This document shows, piece by piece, positions 50,653 to 61,122 of a DNA stretch of 61,122 bases. Under the pieces are notes generated by a model, which saw only the letters and a list, made by a program, of their open reading frames with translations, was not told where the DNA came from and searched no databases. The stretch comes from Candidatus Nanopelagicales bacterium (GTDB lineage Bacteria > Actinomycetota > Actinomycetes > S36-B12). Made by a program: the position numbers and the translations under genes. The stretch is taken from the NCBI GenBank assembly GCA_049431945.1, contig JBMTDJ010000005.1, forward strand, positions 1 to 61,122, given 5' to 3'. The stretch's first letter is position 1. The number at the start of each line of letters is the position of its first letter.

Positions 50653-53147
50653 TGCGCGTCCCCATGGAGTGGCTGCGCGAGATGGTGAACCTCCCGCCCA
50701 GCATCGACGCGCGGGCTGTCGCCGAGCGCCTCATCGCCGCTGGACTCGAGGTGGAGTCCGTGGAGGTTGCCGGCGGCGATCTCACGGGACCGCTCGTCGT
50801 CGGTCGGGTCGAGTCGATCGAGGAACTCACCGAATTCAAGAAGCCGATCCGCTGGTGCCAGGTCGATGTCGGCCCGGCGCACGGGGGAGTGCGCGGGATC
50901 GTCTGCGGTGCTCGCAACTTTGCCGAGGGCGATCTCGTTGCTGTCGCGCTGCCGGGTGCGGTCCTTCCCGGTGGTTTTGCGATCTCGGCGCGAGAGACCT
51001 ACGGCCATGTGTCGGACGGCATGATCTGCTCGCAGCGCGAGGTCGGCCTGGGAGACGAGCACGACGGGATCATGGTGCTCGCCTCCGGGTCGATCGGCGA
51101 TGACGCCGCCGCACTGCTCGGGTTGGGCGAGGAGACGCTCGACATCGCGGTGACGCCCGACCGCGGCTATGCGCTCTCGATCCGCGGCGTGGCCCGCGAG
51201 GTGGCTATCGCCTTCGGCCTGCCCTTCGACGACCCTGGCCAACGGCTTGTCGAGTTGCCCGCGCCGGCGCCCGACATGGCGCCCTGGCCGTGCGAGGTCG
51301 ATGACCCCAGCATGTGTCAGCTCTTCACCCTCAGGCGCATCGTCGGATTCGATCCGTCGGCCCCGACACCGGAGTGGATGAGTCGGCGTCTCATCGCCGC
51401 AGGGATGCGCCCGGTGTCGCTTGCGGTCGATGTCACCAACTACGTCATGCTCGAGCTCGGCCAGCCGCTGCACGCCTTCGATGCGGCGAAGTTGCACGGC
51501 CCGATCCGCGCCGGGCGCGCCGAGGCGGGAGAGCAACTCGAGACGCTCGACCACGTCGTGCGCGCTCTTGACGCCGATGACGTCGTCATCCGAGACGACT
51601 CCGGCGTCATCGGGCTCGCGGGCACGATGGGCGGGTTGCATTCCGAGATCGACAACGACTCCTCCGACATCGCATTGGAGGCCGCGCGCTTCGTCCCGGA
51701 GCCGGTGGCACGCACCGCGCGCCGGCATCGTCTGAGTTCGGAAGCATCCCGGCGCTTCGAGCGCGGGGTCGATCGGGTGCTCGCGCCCTATGCCTCGGCG
51801 CGTGCGGCGCAACTGCTGCTCGAGTACGGAGGAGGGACGTACGCGGGGATGACCGCGTGGGAGTCCCCCTACGACGCCACGGTCATCACCATGGACTCCA
51901 CGCTTCCCGAGAGCACGGCCGGCATGCCCATCGGTCGGGAGACCGTCATCGAGCGCCTCGCGCAGGTGGGCTGCGAAGTCGAGGGCGTCGACCGGCTCTC
52001 CGTGGCCGTGCCCTCGTGGCGACCGGACCTCACCGATCCGGCGGATCTGGTGGAGGAGGTCGTCCGCCTCATCGGATACGACGCGATCCCGGCCCGGCTA
52101 CCCCAGGCGCCAGCAGGATTCGGGCTCACGCGTGAGCAGCGGCTTCGACGCCGCGCGGGCATCTCGCTGGGAGCGGCCGGGATCGTCGACGTGCTCACCT
52201 ATCCGTTCATGGGCGAGCAGGATCTCGATGCCCTCCTGTTCGACGTCGATGACCCCAGGCGACGGGCGCCGCGTCTGGCCAATCCGCTGTCCGAGGAGCA
52301 GCCGCTGCTGCGCACGACGCTCCTGCCCGGCCTGATGACCGCCGTCCGACGCAACCTCTCGCGCGGCATGGATGACGTCGCGATCGGCGAGATCGGCCGC
52401 GTCTTCGTCCGCGCATCGCACCAGGAGGCCGGTGGGGTCGCGGCTCCGCCGCGCCCGCAAGTCACCGGTCGTCCGAGCGACGAAGAACTCGCGGCACTCG
52501 AGGCCCTCTTGCCTGACCAGCCCCATCACGTCGCCGTGGTGTTGACCGGGGACCGGGAGCCTGCCGGCTGGTGGGGTGGTGCCCGGGCCGTCTCGTGGGC
52601 CGATGCGGTGGAGATTGCTCGGATGATCGCTGCATCCTTGGGCGCGGCACTCGACGTGAGCCAGGGGACGGATGGTCCGTTCCATCCGGGGCGTACCGCC
52701 GTGCTCGAGGTCGGCGGTCGCGCCGTCGGCTACGCCGGTGAGCTCCATCCGCGTGTGATCGCGGCGTACTCCCTGCCGCCTCGCACCTGCGCTCTCGAAA
52801 TCGACTTGGATGCCCTCATCGCCGCGGCCGACGCGGTCGCCCCGGCTCCGGATGTCACCACGCAGCCCGTGGCCAAGGAGGACGTGGCCCTGGTCGTCGC
52901 CGACTCGGTGCCCGTCGCCGACGTCGCGGATGCCCTGCGCGCGGGAGCAGGGGAGCTCTGCGAGGACGTTCGGCTCTTCGATGTCTATGTCGGTCCCCAG
53001 GTGCCGGAGGGTCATCGGTCCCTGGCATTCGCCCTGCGTTTCCGCGCACCTGACCGCACGCTGTCCGCCGAGGACATCGCGGGCGCGCGCCAGGCGGGCA
53101 TCGCCGAGGCCGAGCGGCGGCACGGCGCGGTGCTTCGCGGCGGCTGA
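50652..53147 (+). CDS. pheT: Phenylalanine--tRNA ligase beta subunit
   Basis: IVCGARN, TPDRGYALS, NYVMLELGQPLHAFD, RFERGVD, FDVYVG. Confidence 0.97.
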   Translation: MRVPMEWLREMVNLPPSIDARAVAERLIAAGLEVESVEVAGGDLTGPLVVGRVESIEELTEFKKPIRWCQVDVGPAHGGVRGIVCGARNFAEGDLVAVALPGAVLPGGFAISARETYGHVSDGMICSQREVGLGDEHDGIMVLASGSIGDDAAALLGLGEETLDIAVTPDRGYALSIRGVAREVAIAFGLPFDDPGQRLVELPAPAPDMAPWPCEVDDPSMCQLFTLRRIVGFDPSAPTPEWMSRRLIAAGMRPVSLAVDVTNYVMLELGQPLHAFDAAKLHGPIRAGRAEAGEQLETLDHVVRALDADDVVIRDDSGVIGLAGTMGGLHSEIDNDSSDIALEAARFVPEPVARTARRHRLSSEASRRFERGVDRVLAPYASARAAQLLLEYGGGTYAGMTAWESPYDATVITMDSTLPESTAGMPIGRETVIERLAQVGCEVEGVDRLSVAVPSWRPDLTDPADLVEEVVRLIGYDAIPARLPQAPAGFGLTREQRLRRRAGISLGAAGIVDVLTYPFMGEQDLDALLFDVDDPRRRAPRLANPLSEEQPLLRTTLLPGLMTAVRRNLSRGMDDVAIGEIGRVFVRASHQEAGGVAAPPRPQVTGRPSDEELAALEALLPDQPHHVAVVLTGDREPAGWWGGARAVSWADAVEIARMIAASLGAALDVSQGTDGPFHPGRTAVLEVGGRAVGYAGELHPRVIAAYSLPPRTCALEIDLDALIAAADAVAPAPDVTTQPVAKEDVALVVADSVPVADVADALRAGAGELCEDVRLFDVYVGPQVPEGHRSLAFALRFRAPDRTLSAEDIAGARQAGIAEAERRHGAVLRGG

Positions 53148-53216
53148 GGGCACCCCGCAGGCCACGCACCGCACAGCGCCACAGCCCCGACCATCCCGCC
53201 CCACCCGTCCCAGGCA

Positions 53217-53243
53217 CTATGCGTGTATGCGTATACTTTCGGC
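53217..53243 (+). promoter_or_regulatory. argC promoter (-10 TATACT, leaderless) overlapped by possible ARG-box half-sites
   Basis: TATACT at 53232-53237, 6 nt before ATG 53244; tandem TATGCGT resembles ArgR TGCAT/ATGCA half-sites, but the spacing is imperfect. Confidence 0.45.
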
Positions 53244-54272
53244 ATGTCCATGACCGCCGCGGTGGCCGGCGCTTCCGGCTATGCCGGAGGCGAGCTCCTG
53301 CGTCTGCTCCTGGGCCACCCCGAGTTGGAGATCGGCGTGGTCGCAGCGGGGAGCAAGGCCGGCAGGCGCCTGGGGGAGGTCCATCCCGCGTTGCCGGCAC
53401 TTGCCGACCGCCAGCTCGTGGCCGCCGATCCAGATGCCCTGTCCGGTGCTGACGTCGTGTTCCTGGCCCTGCCCCACGGCGAATCCGCGGCCATCGCGCG
53501 CGCTCTGCCCAGTGATCAACTCATCGTCGATCTGGGCGCGGACTTCCGCCTCGGCGATGAGTCGGCGTGGCATGCGTTCTACAACGACTCCTACGCCGGG
53601 CACTGGGTCTACGGCCTGCCCGAACTTCCGGGGGCACGTGCGCAGATCGCGGAGTCCACTCATGTGGCAAATCCCGGGTGCTATCCCACCGCCGTCGCCG
53701 TGGCGCTCGCACCCGTGCTCGCCGAGGGCTTGATCGACACGCGGGTGAGCGTCGTCGCAGCCTCGGGCACCTCCGGGGCTGGCCGCTCGCCGAGTGAAAC
53801 CCTGCTGGCATCGCAGGTGATGGGCTCCATGTCCGCCTACAAGGTCGGCGGGGTGCACCAGCACACGCCGGAGATGGAGCAGAGCCTGTCGCATGCGGCA
53901 GGAGCCTCCGTCCTGGTGTCCTTCACACCGCTGCTGGCGCCCATGCCGCGCGGCATCCTCGCGACGTGCTCGGCGGACCTGTCCGACGGTGTCACGGCCG
54001 ACGATCTCCAGGAGTGCCTGCACGCCGCCTACGCCCACGAGCCATTCGTCCATGTGCTGCCCCCCGGGCAGTGGCCCCAGACCTCGTCAACCCTGGGTGG
54101 CAACGCCGTGCACGTGCAGGCGACCGCGGATCCGCGCACCGGGCGTGCGGTGGTCATGGCCGCCCTCGACAACCTCGTCAAGGGTGCCGCCGGGCAAGCA
54201 CTGCAGAACGCCAACCTCATGCTCGGCCTCGATGAGCAGGCGGGTCTCACAGCGTCGGGAGTCGCACCATGA
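53244..54272 (+). CDS. argC: N-acetyl-gamma-glutamyl-phosphate reductase
   Basis: GASGYAGGELLRLL, ANPGCYPT, SGTSGAGR, DNLVKGAAGQA. Confidence 0.97.
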   Translation: MSMTAAVAGASGYAGGELLRLLLGHPELEIGVVAAGSKAGRRLGEVHPALPALADRQLVAADPDALSGADVVFLALPHGESAAIARALPSDQLIVDLGADFRLGDESAWHAFYNDSYAGHWVYGLPELPGARAQIAESTHVANPGCYPTAVAVALAPVLAEGLIDTRVSVVAASGTSGAGRSPSETLLASQVMGSMSAYKVGGVHQHTPEMEQSLSHAAGASVLVSFTPLLAPMPRGILATCSADLSDGVTADDLQECLHAAYAHEPFVHVLPPGQWPQTSSTLGGNAVHVQATADPRTGRAVVMAALDNLVKGAAGQALQNANLMLGLDEQAGLTASGVAP

Positions 54273-55435
54273 GCGTCACCACCCCCCAGGGCTTCCGGGC
54301 CGCGGGCGTCACCGCCGGTCTCAAGGCGAGCGGCCGGCCGGACGTTGCACTCGTCGTGAACGACGGTCCGCTGCAGTCTGCAGCAGCGGTCTTCACCTCG
54401 AACCGCTTTCCGGCCGCCCCGGTGCTGTGGACGCGCCAGGTGCTCGCTGACGGTGAGCTCCATGCCGTGATCCTCAACTCCGGGGGCGCCAATGCGTGCA
54501 CCGGTCCCGATGGCTTCGCTGACACCCACCGCACGGCCGAGCACGTGGCCGCAGTGCTCAGTGGGCAGGGGAGTGACGTCGGAGCCGGTGAGATCGCCGT
54601 GTGCTCGACGGGTCTCATCGGTGAGCGACTGCCCATGGACGTGCTGCTCGCAGGCGTCGATGCGGCAGCAGCGGCACTGGGCGTCGATGGTGGTCCGGAC
54701 GCTGCTGTCGCCATCATGACGACCGACACCGTTCCCAAGGTGGCCGTCGCCCAGGGCAACGGCTACACGGTGGGAGGGATGGCGAAAGGCGCCGGCATGC
54801 TCGCTCCGGGGCTGGCGACCATGCTCGTCGTCATCACGACTGACGCGGTCGCGCATCCGGATACTCTCCAGGAGGCGCTTGCTGCCGCGACGCGCGTGAC
54901 CTTCGACCGCATCGACTCCGATGGCTGCATGTCCACCAACGACACTGTCATTGCGATGGCGAGCGGTGCTGCGATGCGACAACCGTCTGCCACCGACCTC
55001 ACCCATGCGATCACCGCCGTCTGTGGCGATCTTGCGCTCCAGCTCATCGGCGATGCAGAGGGCGCGAGCAAGGACATCGCGATCACCGTGACCCACGCGG
55101 CGAGCGAGGATGACGCGGTCGAGGTCGCCCGCGCCGTCGCGCGCAGCAATCTGCTGAAGTGCGCGATCCATGGGGAGGACCCCAATTGGGGCCGCGTGCT
55201 TTCGGCTATCGGCACGACCGATGCGGCCTTCGATTCCGACCGGGTCGATGTAGCCATCAATGGCGTCTGGATCTGTCGCGGCGGTGCTGCGGGTGACTCG
55301 CGTGACCTCGTGGACATGTCCGGCCGGACGGTGCGGATTGGGATCGATCTGGGTGCCGGGATGGAGCAGGCGACGGTGTGGACCAACGACCTGACCGCCG
55401 ATTACGTCCACGAGAATTCGGCGTACTCCACATGA
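54269..55435 (+). CDS. argJ: Ornithine acetyltransferase / N-acetylglutamate synthase
   Basis: [40 protein letters not shown]. Confidence 0.97.
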   Translation: MSVTTPQGFRAAGVTAGLKASGRPDVALVVNDGPLQSAAAVFTSNRFPAAPVLWTRQVLADGELHAVILNSGGANACTGPDGFADTHRTAEHVAAVLSGQGSDVGAGEIAVCSTGLIGERLPMDVLLAGVDAAAAALGVDGGPDAAVAIMTTDTVPKVAVAQGNGYTVGGMAKGAGMLAPGLATMLVVITTDAVAHPDTLQEALAAATRVTFDRIDSDGCMSTNDTVIAMASGAAMRQPSATDLTHAITAVCGDLALQLIGDAEGASKDIAITVTHAASEDDAVEVARAVARSNLLKCAIHGEDPNWGRVLSAIGTTDAAFDSDRVDVAINGVWICRGGAAGDSRDLVDMSGRTVRIGIDLGAGMEQATVWTNDLTADYVHENSAYST

Positions 55436-56310
55436 GCGCCCAGGAGAAGGCATCTGTCCTGGCCGAGGCGCTGCCGTGGCTCGAGCGCTTCCGCGGAGCG
55501 ACGGTCGTCGTCAAGTACGGCGGCAACGCCATGACCGACGACGCACTGAAGCGCTCCTTCGCGGAGGACATCGTCTTCCTTCGACTCGCGGGGCTGCGTC
55601 CTGTGGTTGTGCACGGCGGTGGTCCGCAGATCTCCGCCATGCTTGACAGAGTCGGCATCGCCAGTGAATTTCGCGGCGGACTGCGCGTGACGACTCCCGA
55701 GGCGATGGAGGTCGTGCGCATGGTCCTCACCGGTCAAGTGCAGCGCGACATCGTCACGCTCATCAACGCGCATGGACCCTTTGCGGTCGGGCTCTCGGGG
55801 GAGGATGCTCACCTGTTCCGCGCGGAACGCCGAGGCGTGGTGGTCGAGGGTGTCGAGGTCGACCTCGGCCTCGTCGGCGATGTGGTCGAGGTGCGCCCGG
55901 ATTTCGTCACCGCACTCCTTGACGAGGGCCGTATCCCCGTCGTGTCGACGGTCGCCCCCGATGAGGCGGGCGTGGCCCACAACGTCAATGCCGACACTGC
56001 CGCCGCGGCCCTGGCTGTGGCGTTGGGTGCGGAGAAGCTCGTCGTGCTGACCGATGTGCCCGGCCTCTGCGCGGATTGGCCGGCGAGCACCGACGTGATC
56101 CCGGAGATACGGGCCTCGGCTTTGGCGTCGATGCTGCCCTCGCTCGAGTCGGGCATGGCGCCGAAGATGGAGGCTTGCCTGCGCGCTGTGGAGGGCGGCG
56201 TGCCACGCGCCCACGTCATTGACGGGCGGGTGCCGCACGGTCTCCTCGTCGAGGTGTTCACCGACACCGGTGTCGGCACGATGGTGCTTCCGGACGAGGC
56301 CCGATCATGA
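55432..56310 (+). CDS. argB: Acetylglutamate kinase
   Basis: [30 protein letters not shown]. Confidence 0.97.
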   Translation: MSAQEKASVLAEALPWLERFRGATVVVKYGGNAMTDDALKRSFAEDIVFLRLAGLRPVVVHGGGPQISAMLDRVGIASEFRGGLRVTTPEAMEVVRMVLTGQVQRDIVTLINAHGPFAVGLSGEDAHLFRAERRGVVVEGVEVDLGLVGDVVEVRPDFVTALLDEGRIPVVSTVAPDEAGVAHNVNADTAAAALAVALGAEKLVVLTDVPGLCADWPASTDVIPEIRASALASMLPSLESGMAPKMEACLRAVEGGVPRAHVIDGRVPHGLLVEVFTDTGVGTMVLPDEARS

Positions 56311-57505
56311 CCACGTCCTCCGTGTCGGTGACTCAGGATCTGCAGCGGCGCTGGCAGGCGTCGCTGATGGACAACTACGGCACACCGACCATCGCACTCG
56401 TGCGCGGCGCAGGTGCGCGGGTGTGGGATGCCGATGGGCGTGACTACGTCGATCTGCTTGCGGGGATCGCCGTCAATGCACTCGGTCATGCGCATCCGCG
56501 CGTCATCGAGGCCGTGACGGAGCAGATCTCGACGCTCGGCCACACGAGCAACCTCGCGATGACCGCGCCACCCATCGCCCTCGCGGAGCGGCTGCTCGAC
56601 CTGCTGGATCCGGCGGGCACCCGCGGTGGACGCGTCTTCTTCTGCAACTCCGGTGCGGAGGCCAACGAGGCCGCCTTCAAACTCGCTCGTCGCACGGGCC
56701 GCAGCAGGGTCGTCGTCGCCGAGCGTTCGTTTCACGGTCGCACCATGGGTGCACTTGCGCTCACGGCCCAGCCGGCCAAGCAGGACCCCTTCCGTCCGCT
56801 GCCCGGCGACGTCGTCGCCGTGCCGTTTGGTGATGCGGCCGCCCTGGCGGCGGCGGTCGACGCCGACACCGCGGCCGTGTTCCTCGAGCCCATCCAGGGC
56901 GAAGGTGGAGTCATCCCCGCGCCGTCCGGCTACCTGCGTGCCGCGCGCGATGCGTGCGATGCCCACGGGGCCCTTCTCGTCTTCGACGAGGTGCAGACCG
57001 GCATCGGACGCACCGGATCGTGGTTCGCGCACCAGGCGATGGACAACGGCGTCGCTCCAGATGTCATCACGCTGGCTAAGGGCCTCGGTGGTGGCCTGCC
57101 CATCGGTGCCATGGTGGCCTTCGGTGAGGCGGCCTCGCTGCTCGGCCCCGGCAGTCACGGCTCGACGTTCGGCGGCAACCCCGTGAGTTGCGCGGCGGCC
57201 CTCGCGGTGCTCGATGCCATCGAGTCGGCGGGCCTCCTCGCTCGTGTCGGCGAGGTGAGCGAACGCCTCACGGGAATCGTGTCCGCCTCGAGCATCGTCG
57301 ATCACGTGCGCGGCAGCGGGCTCCTGATCGGAGTTGTCCTGTCGCAGCCGGTCGCAGCTGATCTCGAAGCGGCGGCGCGGGCACACGGCCTCATCGTCAA
57401 TGCGATCGGCGCCGATGTCATCCGGCTTGCCCCACCCCTGGTCATCACTGACGACGACCTCGATGAGGTCGAGCGCCGCTGGACCGCAGCCGTGGGGGAT
57501 GTGTC

Positions 57506-57509
<4 letters not shown>
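56307..57509 (+). CDS. argD: Acetylornithine aminotransferase
   Basis: [43 protein letters not shown]. Confidence 0.95.
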
Positions 57510-59797
<2,288 letters not shown>

Positions 59798-59934
59798 GCC
59801 GGTTGTCCTCGCGTGCCGGCCCGGCCCGGGGGGCGGTCAAGCCACCCGTGTCGGGCAGCCCCGCCCGCTCCCGACACATCGGGGGGAGTGCGCGTGGGCG
59901 GGCGGCGCACCTCGTCAAGGACACTGATGCCGTG

Positions 59935-60564
59935 ATGCAGGCGACGACGCGGGCTCCGCGGTGGATGAGCGAGCCCGTCGCCGCGATCGCTCCGCGATTC
60001 CTCGGCTCGGTGCTGCGCTCGAACCTGGGCGGCGAGATCGTGGCGGTGCGCATCACCGAAGTGGAGGCGTACGCGGGAGAGGGAGAGGATCCCGGCTCCC
60101 ACGCGTTCCGGGGCCGTGGCAAGCGCAATGCCACGATGTTCGGCCCACCTGGGCGCGCCTACATCTACTTCACCTATGGCATGCACTGGTGCAGCAATGT
60201 GGTCACGGGCCCGGAGGGCTCTGCGTCGGCAGTGCTCCTGCGTGCCGGCGAGGTGATCGAGGGCGTCGAGGCTGCCCGCGAACGACGGCCGTCGGCACGG
60301 GCGGATCGCGACCTCGCCCGCGGACCTGCGAGGCTCAGCCTGGCCCTCGGGCTCACGGGTGAGTACGACGGGTGCGCCTTGTTCGACCCGGCATCACCGG
60401 TGAGTCTGGCCTTGCCGCAGCGGCCACTGGCGGTGCACGCGGTGACGCCCCGCACGGGTGTCGGGGGAGCCGGCGCCGCCACGGCCTGGCGATTCATCTG
60501 TGATCATCCGACCGTGAGCCCTTATCGCGCCGCCGCACGCCGTCGGCCAACGAGATCTCCATGA
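59935..60564 (+). CDS. mpg: DNA-3-methyladenine glycosylase (MPG/AAG family)
   Basis: RITEVEAY, MFGPPG..YIYFTYGMHWC, AVLLRA, GPARL; start uncertain (59935 or 59965). Confidence 0.9.
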   Translation: MQATTRAPRWMSEPVAAIAPRFLGSVLRSNLGGEIVAVRITEVEAYAGEGEDPGSHAFRGRGKRNATMFGPPGRAYIYFTYGMHWCSNVVTGPEGSASAVLLRAGEVIEGVEAARERRPSARADRDLARGPARLSLALGLTGEYDGCALFDPASPVSLALPQRPLAVHAVTPRTGVGGAGAATAWRFICDHPTVSPYRAAARRRPTRSP

Positions 60565-60650
60565 GGTCCCCGATGGCCACCCTGCTCCCCACGCTGAGGT
60601 CCCCTGGCCGCCTACGGGCGGAACAGTGACATGCGGGAGGATGCATGCTC

Positions 60651-61122
60651 GTGAGCGCACTCATCGATGACCTGCAGTGGCGTGGACTCATCGCACAGAG
60701 CACCGATCTGGATGCCCTGCGCACCGAGCTCGATGCCGGACCGCTCACCTACTACATCGGATTCGATCCCACTGCGCCGAGCCTGCACCTGGGCAACCTC
60801 CTGCAGATCCAGACGATGCGTCGCTTCCAAGCCGATGGCCATCGGCCCCTCGCTCTCGTCGGCGGCGCGACGGGTCTCATCGGCGATCCGAAGATGACGG
60901 GGGAGCGCACTCTCAACCCTGTCGAGACCGTGGAGCAATGGGTGGATCGCCTGCGCGCAGAGCTCTCGCGATTCTTCGACTTCGATGGCCCTGCGGCGGC
61001 GCGTTTGGTGAATAACTACGACTGGACAAAGGACGTCGACGTCATCTCCTTCATGCGCGATATCGGTAAGCACTTCAGCGTCAATCGCATGCTCGATCGC
61101 GAAGCGGTGTCCGCGCGCCTTG
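60651..61122 (+). CDS. tyrS: Tyrosine--tRNA ligase (partial; runs off the window end)
   Basis: Manual translation [18 protein letters not shown]...[16 protein letters not shown]...[10 protein letters not shown]...NNYDW. Confidence 0.95.
   Translation, partial: MSALIDDLQWRGLIAQSTDLDALRTELDAGPLTYYIGFDPTAPSLHLGNLLQIQTMRRFQADGHRPLALVGGATGLIGDPKMTGERTLNPVETVEQWVDRLRAELSRFFDFDGPAAARLVNNYDWTKDVDVISFMRDIGKHFSVNRMLDREAVSARL

Noticed and set aside
59848..59878. Inverted repeat GTGTCGGG...CCCGACAC upstream of mpg
   Set aside because: 8-bp GC-rich stem with a long loop and no U-tract; cannot be distinguished from chance.
60562..60650. Imperfect direct repeat TGAGGTCCCC..TGGCC x2 before tyrS, considered as a T-box or repeat element
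   Set aside because: Only two short copies, the leader is too short, and no T-box consensus is visible.

Overview
High-GC (about 70% by eye) actinobacterial chromosomal segment; the taxonomy is inferred from gene order and protein sequence style. About 2.5-26.4 kb is a nitrogen-scavenging region: a polyamine catabolism/uptake cluster (class III aminotransferase, Lrp regulator, two aminoaldehyde dehydrogenases, two PuuB-like FAD oxidases, PotD/A/B/C-type ABC transporter, agmatinase, saccharopine-dehydrogenase-like enzyme). Embedded in it is a reductive pyrimidine catabolism operon (ureidopropionase, dihydropyrimidinase, methylmalonate-semialdehyde dehydrogenase, NMT1/THI5-type ABC transporter) that lacks a dihydropyrimidine dehydrogenase and instead carries a putative F420-dependent LLM oxidoreductase. 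The rest is core backbone: rpoZ-coaBC-metK-priA-def-fmt-rsmB-rpe-ribDE-ribBA-ribH-hisEG, infC-rpmI-rplT-trmH, pheST, argCJBDRH, mpg, partial tyrS. Two islets interrupt the backbone: (i) a processive GT2 glycosyltransferase plus a membrane protein with a degenerate GGDEF domain between metK and priA; (ii) an uncharacterised Fe(II)/2OG-dioxygenase-like gene plus cysD-cysNC between trmH and pheS, preceded by a collapsed remnant of a paralogue of that dioxygenase gene. Other signals: a SAM-IV riboswitch before metK, a probable CTG start for coaBC, an ATC start for infC, a RibBA with an apparently dead RibB domain, and several probable leaderless genes. No tRNA, rRNA, CRISPR array, integrase or transposase was recognised. 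All family calls come from motif recognition by eye, not from database searches.
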